This document shows, in pieces, positions 29,313 to 39,540 of a DNA stretch of 64,000 nt (its first letter is position 1; each line of letters begins with the position of its first letter). The stretch lies in assembly GCA_965140585.1 (NCBI GenBank), contig OZ223265.1, positions 128,001-192,000 of the forward strand. The letters are read 5' to 3'. Position numbers and translations under genes: made by a program. Source of the DNA: Spirochaetia bacterium. Its GTDB lineage: Bacteria; Spirochaetota; Spirochaetia; UBA9216. The notes below the pieces were generated by a model. It was not told where the DNA came from and made no database searches. It worked only from the letters and a program-made list of their open reading frames with translations.

Positions 29313-30993
29313 TTATAGTGAAATTTTTAATTTAAGCAGTGCAGAAGCACCCTTTGCTTCAAATGTATTCCAGGAAAGCCTTGCGCTGTCAAAGAGATTT
29401 CCCGCGATATCATCAAAACCGGCAGACAGGAGAACACCTTCTGTAAGCCTCAGATAACCTTCAAGAGACAGTTCCGGCATCCAGTTTGTTTCATACCAGC
29501 TTTGAGATTCATCATATATTGAAACTCCTGCGGTAAAGGAAAGCCCTTTATCGGAATTATCATCTTCAAGATCAAAACCAGCGGTTATCATATGTCTGGG
29601 TTTGTACGGATCAACATCATTTAAAAGCTGTGCAGCCCATGCTGATTCAAAAAGCAGATTATCGGACATCCTCCAGTTCATCTCCAGATTGAGATCAAGC
29701 AGTGTAAGATCGGCGGTGGTTATTGAATTAAACCCGCTGATACTGCTGCTTCCGGGATACGGCGAATTTTTAAGCATCTCAAAACCGGCAGAAGCGCCCG
29801 CTGTCAGATTTCCGGTCAGTTTCCAGCGTAAACCGGCATCTGCAAACCAGCCGGTAGTAATGGGCAGCTCCCCGATCATTATGTCACTCAGCGGCCCTGA
29901 TGCAAAAGGATATTCGGTGCTGAACTCTGCGTAATTAAGTGTCTCAGCCCTGTATCCGCCGCCTGCACTGTACTCAAGAAAATCACCGCCAAGCCCGTCG
30001 ACACTTAGATAGAAAGGCCAGTATGAGTCGGTAAAATCGTGAAGCAGATAATCAAGCCCGCCTTTTATACTTATTACATCACCAAAATCAGAACCAAAGT
30101 CCAGAGTAACGCTGAAATCCTGAACAACAGGAAGATCCGCGCCCGATAACATATCAGACTCGGAAGTTCCGGTAATATTATACTCAAGGCCCAGCTCGGA
30201 CCATATTGAATTATTTCCTACCCTAAGCCCTACAGAAGGATCAATTAGATAAACTCCGTAATCAAGCGGTGATGTTCCATTTAGGAAAAGACCGGCATAA
30301 GAACTATCCAGACGCCCTTCAAGCCTTAGCCAGTCAATAATTCTATATTCCGCCGTACTGCTGAGTTCCGGAACACGCTGTGTCATAGAGTAATAATCTG
30401 CATTTCCCTGAAGGCCGGTCTCAGTTTCAGTATACTGGAAATATCCATACAGATCAGTTTTACCCTCAGCATATTCAATTTCGGCCTCAATAAGTTCCTG
30501 ACGGTAGGAATATCCCTGTCCGGGAGAATGGCCCCAGGTGCCATCATACCCGTCATGAAAATATCTAAGCATAAAATTAGGCTGATCGCCTATCTTATAA
30601 AGAGTAATATCTCCTGTGACATCGAGAGCAGAACCAAAACCAATCATTCCCTCACTGAAAAAACGAAACCGGTTCAGAATCGGCAGGCTTGACTCCTGAA
30701 AAGGAATCCGGAGAACCTGTTACAGCAAATGCTTCATACGGCAATTCAATATCATCAAGCTGCGGTAGAGGCGTATCAAGTGAAGAATAATAGACTTCAT
30801 CTTCATCCGGAATAACAGCATTAATATTTTCTACGCTGAGATCTTCTATTTCAAGATACATGGGAGGAAGAATTATATCAGTACTCTCAGGTTCAGCCGG
30901 TCCTGACTGAAAATCGCTTTCCCGCTCCTGAGAATAAACTGAGCCGGCGATGAAGAATATTGTTAAACATAAAAGCAGTAACCTGTTGTTCAT
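29313..30993 (-). pseudogene. Putative outer-membrane beta-barrel protein (about 559 aa) split by one extra T
   Basis: Signal-peptide ORF from ATG 30993 joins the 29313..30647 ORF if one T of the T6 run at 30658-30663 is removed; amphipathic strands and a C-terminal LKLKISL; could be a sequencing error. Confidence 0.7.
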
Positions 30994-30994
30994 T

Positions 30995-33865
30995 CTAGTT
31001 GCCTCCAAGAAGCTTGTCAGCTTCATCAGCCCATTCTGATTCTTCATAATGAAGTTTCAGCTGCCGCACAAGAGCCTGGGCGTCGCTTCTGCTTCCGGCC
31101 AGCAGGGCTGCTTCAGCCGCCCTGTATAAAGAGCGTGCAGAGAAGTCAAGATCTTCAGGATTTGTACCCGCTGCCTCGGTAAAGGCTGCAGCAGCTTCGG
31201 CAGGTCTGTTCTGTCTGAAGTAATAATCACCAAGGTAGTAGTCAGCCAGAGCTGCAGAGACAGGATCTTCAGCCTTCATCTCTTTCACCTGATTCAGCAT
31301 CGAAATTACAGGTTTCATGTCACCGCCGCCTCTGGAAATATGCAGGGCTGCAAGCTCTATCATCGCTTCACGGCCCTCTGCACTATCCGCACCGCCTTCA
31401 CGGGTAATTATAACATTCAGCTCCGCCTCCCGGTCTGAAAGACCGTCCAGCAGAAACCTTATCTTTTCAGACATTGCCGCAGATTCCGAAGCTCTGTCGG
31501 TACCCGGGTATTCAAGCCTGCATCTTTCATACATATCAAGAGCAGAAGAATAATCACCTGAATTGGTAAAAACTTCAGCTGTTTTCATCATTGCTGAAGA
31601 GCGGAATCCCGATTCAGGATAGTCATTTATCAGTTTTTCCCAGAGCAGAACAGCACCGAAAGATTCATCATTTTTCATCGATGACATACCGCCCCAGTAC
31701 AGTGCAGCATCCATCATTCTGCTTTCAGGGTAGCTTCTTCGGAAATCATAGAATGCATCAACAGCCTTTTTAAAACTGTCGGCAGCATAATAAATCTCAC
31801 CCCTGCGGTACATTCCCTCTTCAGCAAGCTGTCCGCCATATTTCTGATACAGAGTCAAATAGTCTTTTGCCGCCTGTTCAGTTTCATTCCCAATCGCAGC
31901 CAGCGCCGCCTTCTCAAATAAAGCGTCATCAGAAAGCATACCGGCTGTATCAGAGTTTGCTATCTCCGCAAAAATAGTACTTGCTTCACGATAGCGGCCA
32001 AGTGATGCGAGATTCTTCGCGTACATAAAGCGACCCTTAGTATTGTCGCCGCTTAAAGTAGTATAGCGGAGAAAAAAACCGGAAGAGGCATCATAATCTC
32101 CCATCAGATACGAACTCCAGCCGGCAATGTAGGCTGCATCAGCGGCAGAATCTGAATCGGGATAATTTCTTGTCAGCTCACCAAAGGCTTTAACAGCTTC
32201 GGGATAACGTGCAAGCCGGTACAGAGCCCATCCGCGATAATACTCTGAATAAGTATAAATTTCAGGAACGCCTGCAGACTCTGCATTTACGGGGCTGATC
32301 AATGCCAATTCATTAAGAGCTCTTTGATAATCGCCCTCCGCAGTGGCAGCAAGACCGCTTAAGTATGATGAAAGAACATAAACATATTCGTTTCCGCTTC
32401 GGACACTGTCATTCCATTTAAGTTCAACAGCCTCATTGAGCAGTGTATTATAGTCCTTCATCTGAAACCTGATTCTCAGAAGATCAAGCCTTGCAGCAAG
32501 TTCATCGGGACGCAGATCTATATAACGCTGAAGAGATTCAGCGGCTCTGCTGTATTTACCTGTTTTCTTGAGAAGTGTAGAATCAAGCCTCAGCAGCGCT
32601 GCAGTACGTTCTCCCTTTTCATCTGTAGAATAAGCCCTGGAAACATACTCCGAAGCATCTTCAATCCGGTTTGTCTTGTAGCAGATAAAGGCCTTCAAAT
32701 AGGCAGCATCCGAAAACAGCGCAGACTCTGAGAAGTCCCGGAAAAACTCATCAAGAAGACTTTCAGCTCTTCCCCATTCTTCTTTAGAGGTATAAAGCCC
32801 GGCCAGCCTGACAAGAATCTCCATTCTATGTGAATCAGAAGATGTTAAAAAAATTTCAAGAATCTCAACGGCTCGCTCCGTGTTTGCTTCTTCTTCAAGG
32901 ATTCGTGACAGGTATAAAGGCACAAGACCGTTAAGTGCTGACGGGTCTGAAGTATCCCAGGCTTTCAGCAGGTAGGTCTGGGCAGTTTTTATATCTCCGG
33001 CATTATAGGATGCAATTCCAATTCTCATCCTGAAATCCTGAAGAATAAGAGGCTTATCATTTAGAGTCTTTTCTGCCTCATTAAGAAGACTAACCAGTTC
33101 ATCATTCCTGCCGGCCTTACGGTAAATGGTAAAAAGCCGCTGCCATGCAGGCTCGGCACCTTCAACGCCTATCAGCTCGGTATACAGTCTCTGGGCGTTG
33201 TTCATATCGCCCAGCATGTAATAGGATTCTGCTCGATAAAGCCTCAGACGCCCCTGCCACTGTGAATCAAATTTATCGGGAGAAGTCTCATCAAAAAAAT
33301 CAATAATAGTCTGATACTTACTCTGTTTCAGATAGAGGCTGCAGAGCAAAGCAGATATATAACCGTCATCGTTAAAATCATCACGCTGCAGAAGCAGTTC
33401 AAGAGAAAATGCTGCGTCAGCAGTATTCCCCATGTTATCGTAACACATTGCACGGTAAAGATAGGCATCTGATATCAGTCTATCATCGCCGCTTTTTATA
33501 TAATCATCAAAGTGGCCTACAGCCTTTGAAAAGTCCTGCTGCTCCAGATACACCCTGGCCTGCCAGAATGGAACAAGCTCAATATAGGATGTTGAGCGGT
33601 AGCGGCTGCTGATTTTTTCAAACAGACTAAGAGCTTCATTGCCCTTCCCCGTCTGATACAGGCAGATAGCCTTTCTGAACTGAGCATCAGCAACATAGGT
33701 TGAGATGGGATAATCATCAATCAGCCGCTGGTATAGATTAAGAGCAGCTGTATAATTTGCGCTCCGGAATCGGCCTTCTGCTTCCAGGTAAAGTTCGCGG
33801 GCATCCGCAGAAACATGAAGCAGAGGAATTATAAAAATCAATAAAGATAAGAATATCCTTTTCAT
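30995..33865 (-). CDS. Large exported TPR protein (BamD/CpoB-like repeats)
   Basis: Signal peptide; repeated YPxS..A..A.F/Y TPR pairs across 956 aa. Confidence 0.88.
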   Translation of the reverse strand: MKRIFLSLLIFIIPLLHVSADARELYLEAEGRFRSANYTAALNLYQRLIDDYPISTYVADAQFRKAICLYQTGKGNEALSLFEKISSRYRSTSYIELVPFWQARVYLEQQDFSKAVGHFDDYIKSGDDRLISDAYLYRAMCYDNMGNTADAAFSLELLLQRDDFNDDGYISALLCSLYLKQSKYQTIIDFFDETSPDKFDSQWQGRLRLYRAESYYMLGDMNNAQRLYTELIGVEGAEPAWQRLFTIYRKAGRNDELVSLLNEAEKTLNDKPLILQDFRMRIGIASYNAGDIKTAQTYLLKAWDTSDPSALNGLVPLYLSRILEEEANTERAVEILEIFLTSSDSHRMEILVRLAGLYTSKEEWGRAESLLDEFFRDFSESALFSDAAYLKAFICYKTNRIEDASEYVSRAYSTDEKGERTAALLRLDSTLLKKTGKYSRAAESLQRYIDLRPDELAARLDLLRIRFQMKDYNTLLNEAVELKWNDSVRSGNEYVYVLSSYLSGLAATAEGDYQRALNELALISPVNAESAGVPEIYTYSEYYRGWALYRLARYPEAVKAFGELTRNYPDSDSAADAAYIAGWSSYLMGDYDASSGFFLRYTTLSGDNTKGRFMYAKNLASLGRYREASTIFAEIANSDTAGMLSDDALFEKAALAAIGNETEQAAKDYLTLYQKYGGQLAEEGMYRRGEIYYAADSFKKAVDAFYDFRRSYPESRMMDAALYWGGMSSMKNDESFGAVLLWEKLINDYPESGFRSSAMMKTAEVFTNSGDYSSALDMYERCRLEYPGTDRASESAAMSEKIRFLLDGLSDREAELNVIITREGGADSAEGREAMIELAALHISRGGGDMKPVISMLNQVKEMKAEDPVSAALADYYLGDYYFRQNRPAEAAAAFTEAAGTNPEDLDFSARSLYRAAEAALLAGSRSDAQALVRQLKLHYEESEWADEADKLLGGN

Positions 33866-33874
33866 ATCCTTGAT

Positions 33875-33903
33875 AGGATATACCTTTGCATTCCAATTTT
33901 CAA
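33875..33903 (-). promoter_or_regulatory. Putative sigma70 promoter of the TPR-barrel-exbBD-tonB operon
   Basis: TTGAAA-17 bp-TATCCT just upstream of the TPR gene. Confidence 0.45.
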
Positions 33904-33922
33904 GATTTTTCGATTTTTTCCG

Positions 33923-35240
33923 TTAACGCCTGAAAAGGTTGTGGTCGCCCAGCCCTTCCTCATTAACGAGCTGCGGCAGTTTTATAACAGGAGGAACCTC
34001 AATTCGGACAAGGTGAACATATGCCCCGGGATACCTTTTTTCAAGACTCTCGGTATTGCTCTCAAAATTACGTTCTAAAATAACATCATCAAAATCATCT
34101 CTGTTTTTAATGGATGGTAAAAGAACTGCGGTATGAACATGCTGTCTGAGTACCGGGCCTTCTCCCCATGGAATATTAACTGATGCAAGATAGAGCGTCG
34201 AAGGTTCAGTGACTGCAAGGTAGTACATTATTGTTTCAAGTTCCCCAATCGGAAAACCTATATCTTCAACATAATCAGCCCAGGGAACATTGGTCACATC
34301 AGCTGATTCATATCCGGATTCCTCATGCTTCCATTCGGACCGGATTTCTGTTGCAATATTTCTTGTCCAGTCCAGACCAAAATAAGGATCACGTTCGCTC
34401 TCATATCTTGCAGACCATCTGTTTCCGCGAAGATCAAGAAACTTCTCCTTCAGTTCACGAATTCCCATATACTTTCCTGTAAGACCGGCATAAATACCGT
34501 CTGCCACCCACTTAACAAACCCCGAACAGTTAAAGCCGGGAGTTTCCATAACTTGCAGATTTTCAATAAAGCGGAACTCACCATCCGCATCGAGGGCTCC
34601 GTCATCTTCATCACTGAGCTTTGGAAGCTCACTGCGGATTTCATCGAGCAGTATCATCTTGCTGTCCGACGAGATTGAGTATCTGTCGGGAAAGATCAGA
34701 TCCCAGTCAATAATCCCGGCCGTAGCCTTTATAATATCAGCAAAAGGCAGGACAAGCACATCGGAGAAACTGTATGGAAGATTGATTCCCGAATAAATTT
34801 GTTTACCGTAAATATTAAGCTCAAGCACTGCGCGATCATTGTCCGGATAAATCCGGACAAAACATTCACTGTCGTTTTTTAGAAAGACCTTAATTTGACT
34901 GAATTTACCATCATCCAGGTTACGTCTTATTATATAAGTCCCGCTGCTGTATACAGGATAACGATAATCCTTCTCATTGATAAAAAGCATATAGAAACTG
35001 TCGTTCTGGGTTTTAATATCATACTTAACCCTTGATCGTCCGGACTGCTGCGGATAGTTTTTTTCCCGGGAATTAAGCACATCACCGGTAGGTGCAGTAA
35101 TTATTTCACGAAGCTGCATACGAATTTCATAATTTTCAGGAAATCCGTAATCTTTATCTTCAGGCCATGCGGATATTGAAACCGATGGAATTACAATAAA
35201 AAAAAGTAATTAGTGCTGTACTAAGGATGATTTTTCTCAC
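33923..35240 (-). CDS. Exported hypothetical protein with NlpC/P60-like GFNCSGF motif; signal-peptide segment frameshifted
   Basis: ORF 33923..35119 stays open upstream to a T8 run (35198-35205); removing one T links it to GTG 35240 encoding MRKIILSTALITFFIVIPSVSISA. Confidence 0.7.
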
Positions 35241-35253
35241 AGATTTATTATCG

Positions 35254-35574
35254 TCAGGATTCGGATGATTTTTCAACTTTTAGTGAAAGACTTACAAGTG
35301 ACTGTCTCATGGAATTAATCGCAGCCCGCAGATCGGCATTACCGGATGAAACATCCTTCCAGATACGGTTTCGGGCACCCTCTATAGTATACTTTTCCTC
35401 ATAAAGAAGGTGCCTTATCCGATAGAGAGTGTTCAGATCATTGGAGGTATATTTCCTTTGGCCGTTAAAATCTTTTCTCGGGGAGAGCAGGGAAAATTCC
35501 TGCTCCCAGTATCTGAGCACATGCGGTTTAACATTAAGCAGCCGACAGACTTCCCCGATTGAATACGATTCCAT
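35254..35574 (-). CDS. MerR-family HTH regulator
   Basis: YSIGEVCRLLNVKPHVLRYWE...GQRKY. Confidence 0.9.
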   Translation of the reverse strand: MESYSIGEVCRLLNVKPHVLRYWEQEFSLLSPRKDFNGQRKYTSNDLNTLYRIRHLLYEEKYTIEGARNRIWKDVSSGNADLRAAINSMRQSLVSLSLKVEKSSES

Positions 35575-35586
35575 GCACCTAAGGTC

Positions 35587-36924
35587 CTACTCCCTGAAAT
35601 CGAGGGTAAGGGGTATTAAATTAAGTCCAAAATCCTGCCTTATCATTCTCATAAGATATCTGGCATAGAATTCCGGAAAATTCTTATTTCTGTTTACAAA
35701 CGCAATAAAGTGATGCGGATTTGCACTGACCTGGGTAATGTATTTAATCTTGAACCGGCCGGTCTTGGTTCTTGGAGGCTCATTTTCCTCAACCCAGTCT
35801 TTAAGATGAGCATTAAGTGCCGATGTTTCGACTCTGCGGTTAAGCTGCCACCAGACTTTAAGCACATTATCCAGAAGAACGTCAACGCCTTCCGATTTTA
35901 ATGCAGACAGAGGTACTATCGGAGCAAAGGAAAGCACCGGAAAAAGGAACCTAACCCTGTCAGCAACAGCCTCAAAGGCATTGGGTACGTCTTTCATTAG
36001 ATCCCACTTATTAAGAACAAGAATAATACCCTTACCCTTGCGGACAGCCAGACCTGCAATCTTTTTATCCTGATCAGTCAGGCCTTCTTCAGCATCCATC
36101 ATCAATAGAATTATATCTGATAAATCAATACTTTTGATTGCACGGTTAACTGAATAATATTCTACGTCCTCAGTAACCTTCTTCTTTCTTCTGATGCCGG
36201 CTGTATCAAGTATCCTAAACCTGTTATCTTTGTAAACGAAACTTCCCTCAACGATATCTCTGGTTGTACCGGGAATATCAGACACTATAGAATGTTTCTT
36301 GCCTGTGAGACTGTTTATGAGAGTTGATTTTCCGGTATTCGGTTTTCCAAGAATTGAAATCCGTATATCCGCATCTTCTTCTATAAACTCGGAACTGCCG
36401 GCAATCCCCTTTACCCGGGCTTCAGCCACTTCAAGCAGATCACCGATACCTATTCCATGGGTCGCTGATATAGGATAGATGTTATCGAATCCGTAGGAAT
36501 AGAAATTCCATATCTCATTCATCTTTTCCGGACCGTCAACCTTATTAACGACGAGCAGTATTTTTTCTGTATAAGGGCGAAGTGCCTCAATAAGGATTTC
36601 ATCTTCAGGAGTTGTTTCCTTAATATCGAGAACCAGAAGCACCAGATCAGCCGCATCAATTACTTCAAGAGCTCTTGAAACAACAAGATCATCAAGAGCC
36701 TCCTGATCAAGCTTATATCCGCCGGTATCTGTAAGCCTTATTTTAGTGTCGCCGATCACACAAATTTCCTCAACAGGATCACGCGTAACACCCGGAACCG
36801 GATCTGTTATAGCCTTTCTCTTTCCGATAATTCTATTAAATAAAGTTGATTTGCCTACATTCGGCCTGCCGGCAATAGCTACCAGCGGTATATTATTGCT
36901 GTTTAAGGAATTTAAACCTGTCAT
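35587..36924 (-). CDS. der: Ribosome biogenesis GTPase Der
   Basis: Two G domains (GRPNVGKS, GKPNTGKS), DTGG/DTAG, NKVD/NKWD. Confidence 0.97.
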   Translation of the reverse strand: MTGLNSLNSNNIPLVAIAGRPNVGKSTLFNRIIGKRKAITDPVPGVTRDPVEEICVIGDTKIRLTDTGGYKLDQEALDDLVVSRALEVIDAADLVLLVLDIKETTPEDEILIEALRPYTEKILLVVNKVDGPEKMNEIWNFYSYGFDNIYPISATHGIGIGDLLEVAEARVKGIAGSSEFIEEDADIRISILGKPNTGKSTLINSLTGKKHSIVSDIPGTTRDIVEGSFVYKDNRFRILDTAGIRRKKKVTEDVEYYSVNRAIKSIDLSDIILLMMDAEEGLTDQDKKIAGLAVRKGKGIILVLNKWDLMKDVPNAFEAVADRVRFLFPVLSFAPIVPLSALKSEGVDVLLDNVLKVWWQLNRRVETSALNAHLKDWVEENEPPRTKTGRFKIKYITQVSANPHHFIAFVNRNKNFPEFYARYLMRMIRQDFGLNLIPLTLDFRE

Positions 36925-38638
36925 CCATCCACCCTCTTACAAATCTGTCAATTTCCCTGTAGGATTTCATTTCAAAAATGGTTCCTACAAGCTCTTCCGC
37001 CTGGGACATTGATACAGTACGGATTATGCTTTTAATTTCGGGAATGCTGAATGAACTCATACTGAAAACATCCAGTCCTAACCCCAGAAGAATGACAGCA
37101 GCATAGGGATCCCCTGCCATTTCTCCGCACATTGCAACAGGGATGCTCTGTGAATGAGCACCTTCAATAATCATCCTCAGCAGCCTGAGCACACCTGGAT
37201 GAAACGGTTCGTACAGATACGCAATCTTTTCATTTCCCCTGTCAACTGCGATAGTATACTGCAGAAGGTCATTTGTTCCAATAGAGAAGAATTGGACTTT
37301 TCGTGCAAGAATATCAGCAGTCAGAGCTGCAGAGGGGACTTCTATCATTATTCCGAGCTGAATTTCCCTATTGAACTTAATATTTTCTGCTGAACATTCA
37401 GACTGAACTTCAGTATAGAACTCCAGAACACGATCAAGTTCTTCAGCCCCGGATATCATCGGGAACATAATTCTCAAATTTCCATGTACCGAAGCCCGCA
37501 AAAGTGCTCTTAACTGGGTTCGGAATATATCTTTCCTGGACATACAGAATCTGATAGATCTCCATCCAAGTATTGGGTTGGCCTCATCTGAAGTGGATGT
37601 ACCCGGAAGCAGTTTATCACCGCCCAAATCAATTGTACGGATAGTTACCGGAAGATTTCCCATAGAAGTCAGAACACGCTTGTAAGCCAGATACTGTTCA
37701 TCCTCGGAGGGTATAATTCCCGGCTGCATAAAGAAAAACTCGGAACGATACAGCCCGACGCCATCTGCACCATGAGCTTTTACTGACTCTGTTTCTTCAG
37801 GAATTTCGATGTTGGCAGTCAGCATAATACGTTTCCCGTCCTTGGTTTCAGCCGGCAGACGGTTAAGATTGAGCAGCTCTACTTCCTTCCGTTGCCACTG
37901 CTGAAGCTTCATCCTGTAGAGTTTCAGCATGTCATCATCAGGCCTGACAATAACATCGCCGCTGGTTCCGTCCAGAATAATCTGCTCACCGTTTCTTACT
38001 TCGGCTGTAATATTGGAAAGTCCAAGGACTGCAGGTATTTCAAACGCTCTGGACAAAATAGCTGTATGAGACGTTTTACCGCCTGTATCAGTAGCAATAC
38101 CTCTAACCATTCGTTTATTCATGGACAGCGTATCTGATGGAAGGAGTTCATGAGCTACAACAATCACTTCTTCATTTAGATTTTTAAGATTAATTCTTTC
38201 CTTGTACAGCAGATTGTCCAGAATTCTCTTTGCCACATCACGAATATCAAAAGTACGCTCCCTGAGGTATTCGTCTGAAGAACTTTTAAGAATTTCTATA
38301 TAATCTTTAAATGTTTCATACAATGCCCATTCTGCATTGTGTAGTTTTTCGTTAATTTTTTTCTTGATCTGTCCGGTTAGCTCTGGATCCTCTAACATCA
38401 GGATATGTGCATCGATAAACTGGATTTCACTGGTGGCTGTGCCGGAATCGACCTCACTTTTTAATTGAAGGAGGTCTGACTTTGTTTTAGCGACAGCATC
38501 CAAATAGCGTTTTTCTTCGGCTGCAATATCTGTTTTGCTGATGGTATATTCAGGAACCCTTAAGTTTTCATCAAGGTAGAAAAAAACTCTTCCGATTACA
38601 ATTCCTTGTGATGCGGGGATACCCTTCAAAATTTTCAT
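36893..38638 (-). CDS. ptsI: PTS enzyme I
   Basis: GGKTSHTAI phospho-His motif, GVGLYRSEF, SIGTNDL, CGEMAG. Confidence 0.95.
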   Translation of the reverse strand: MKILKGIPASQGIVIGRVFFYLDENLRVPEYTISKTDIAAEEKRYLDAVAKTKSDLLQLKSEVDSGTATSEIQFIDAHILMLEDPELTGQIKKKINEKLHNAEWALYETFKDYIEILKSSSDEYLRERTFDIRDVAKRILDNLLYKERINLKNLNEEVIVVAHELLPSDTLSMNKRMVRGIATDTGGKTSHTAILSRAFEIPAVLGLSNITAEVRNGEQIILDGTSGDVIVRPDDDMLKLYRMKLQQWQRKEVELLNLNRLPAETKDGKRIMLTANIEIPEETESVKAHGADGVGLYRSEFFFMQPGIIPSEDEQYLAYKRVLTSMGNLPVTIRTIDLGGDKLLPGTSTSDEANPILGWRSIRFCMSRKDIFRTQLRALLRASVHGNLRIMFPMISGAEELDRVLEFYTEVQSECSAENIKFNREIQLGIMIEVPSAALTADILARKVQFFSIGTNDLLQYTIAVDRGNEKIAYLYEPFHPGVLRLLRMIIEGAHSQSIPVAMCGEMAGDPYAAVILLGLGLDVFSMSSFSIPEIKSIIRTVSMSQAEELVGTIFEMKSYREIDRFVRGWMDDRFKFLKQQ

Positions 38639-38711
38639 TATAAAATAAATATAAATCATTTTGATCGCCCCGTCAAACAACATACTTAAATTAATCATAA
38701 AGTGAATTCAC

Positions 38712-38738
38712 TCAAAAAGCCCATTTACATGCCGATAA
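38712..38738 (+). promoter_or_regulatory. Putative sigma28 (FliA) promoter
   Basis: TCAA-15 bp-GCCGATAA, 10 nt upstream of the GerMN gene ATG. Confidence 0.65.
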
Positions 38739-38748
38739 TCAGCATAGT

Positions 38749-39531
38749 ATGGCTCGAACTAACAAAAATAAATCATCAATCGGCTGCCTTTTCTGGATAG
38801 CCTTAATCCTACTCATTCTGGTCATTTTCCTTTTTAACAGGGCAACAATCCAGAATGTTCTTGAAGACACTGACTTTATTGACTTCATTAAGCAGGAAAA
38901 AGGGGAACCGGAAGTAACAATTAACAATACACAGGAACCTGAATCGGATACTCAAATTCCGGAAGTGGTTCAACCTGTTCAGGAAACTGAAATTTCAGTC
39001 TCACAGCCTGAAAATATACCCGAAAAGACCGTAGAAATTGAAATCACTGAACCGGAAACAATACCTGAAACCACAAAACCTGAGACGCAGGCTCCTGAAG
39101 TTCCCAAAAAAATAAGACGTTCAAATCTGTATTTTATCGAAATAGCCGATGACGGCGGCATTCAGATGAAAAAAATTGTCAGGCCTGTATATTACATTGA
39201 CTCACCTCTTACTGAAACTATCAAAACTCTGCTTCAGGGCTTATCAACTTCGGAGCTCAATATGGGACTGATATCTCTCATTCCGGAACAGACACAGCTT
39301 CTTTCTATCAGCATAAGTAATGGAACTGCATTTCTGAATTTCTCTGAAAGTTTCCGATTCAATGCATTCGGGGTTGAAGGCTATAATGCCCAGCTTAAAC
39401 AGATAGTATTCACCACTACTGAATTTTCAAATGTTAATTCTGTTCAGTTTCTGATTGAAGGTAAGAAAACAGATTACATGGGACCTGAAGGGGTCTATAT
39501 AGGCGCACCGCTTAGCAGGGATGATTTTTAA
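38749..39531 (+). CDS. Membrane-anchored GerMN-domain protein
   Basis: TM helix, P/E linker, LLQG...SLIP...TAFLNFSE...QIVFTTTEF...VQFLIEG. Confidence 0.85.
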   Translation: MARTNKNKSSIGCLFWIALILLILVIFLFNRATIQNVLEDTDFIDFIKQEKGEPEVTINNTQEPESDTQIPEVVQPVQETEISVSQPENIPEKTVEIEITEPETIPETTKPETQAPEVPKKIRRSNLYFIEIADDGGIQMKKIVRPVYYIDSPLTETIKTLLQGLSTSELNMGLISLIPEQTQLLSISISNGTAFLNFSESFRFNAFGVEGYNAQLKQIVFTTTEFSNVNSVQFLIEGKKTDYMGPEGVYIGAPLSRDDF

Positions 39532-39540
39532 TAAATACAG

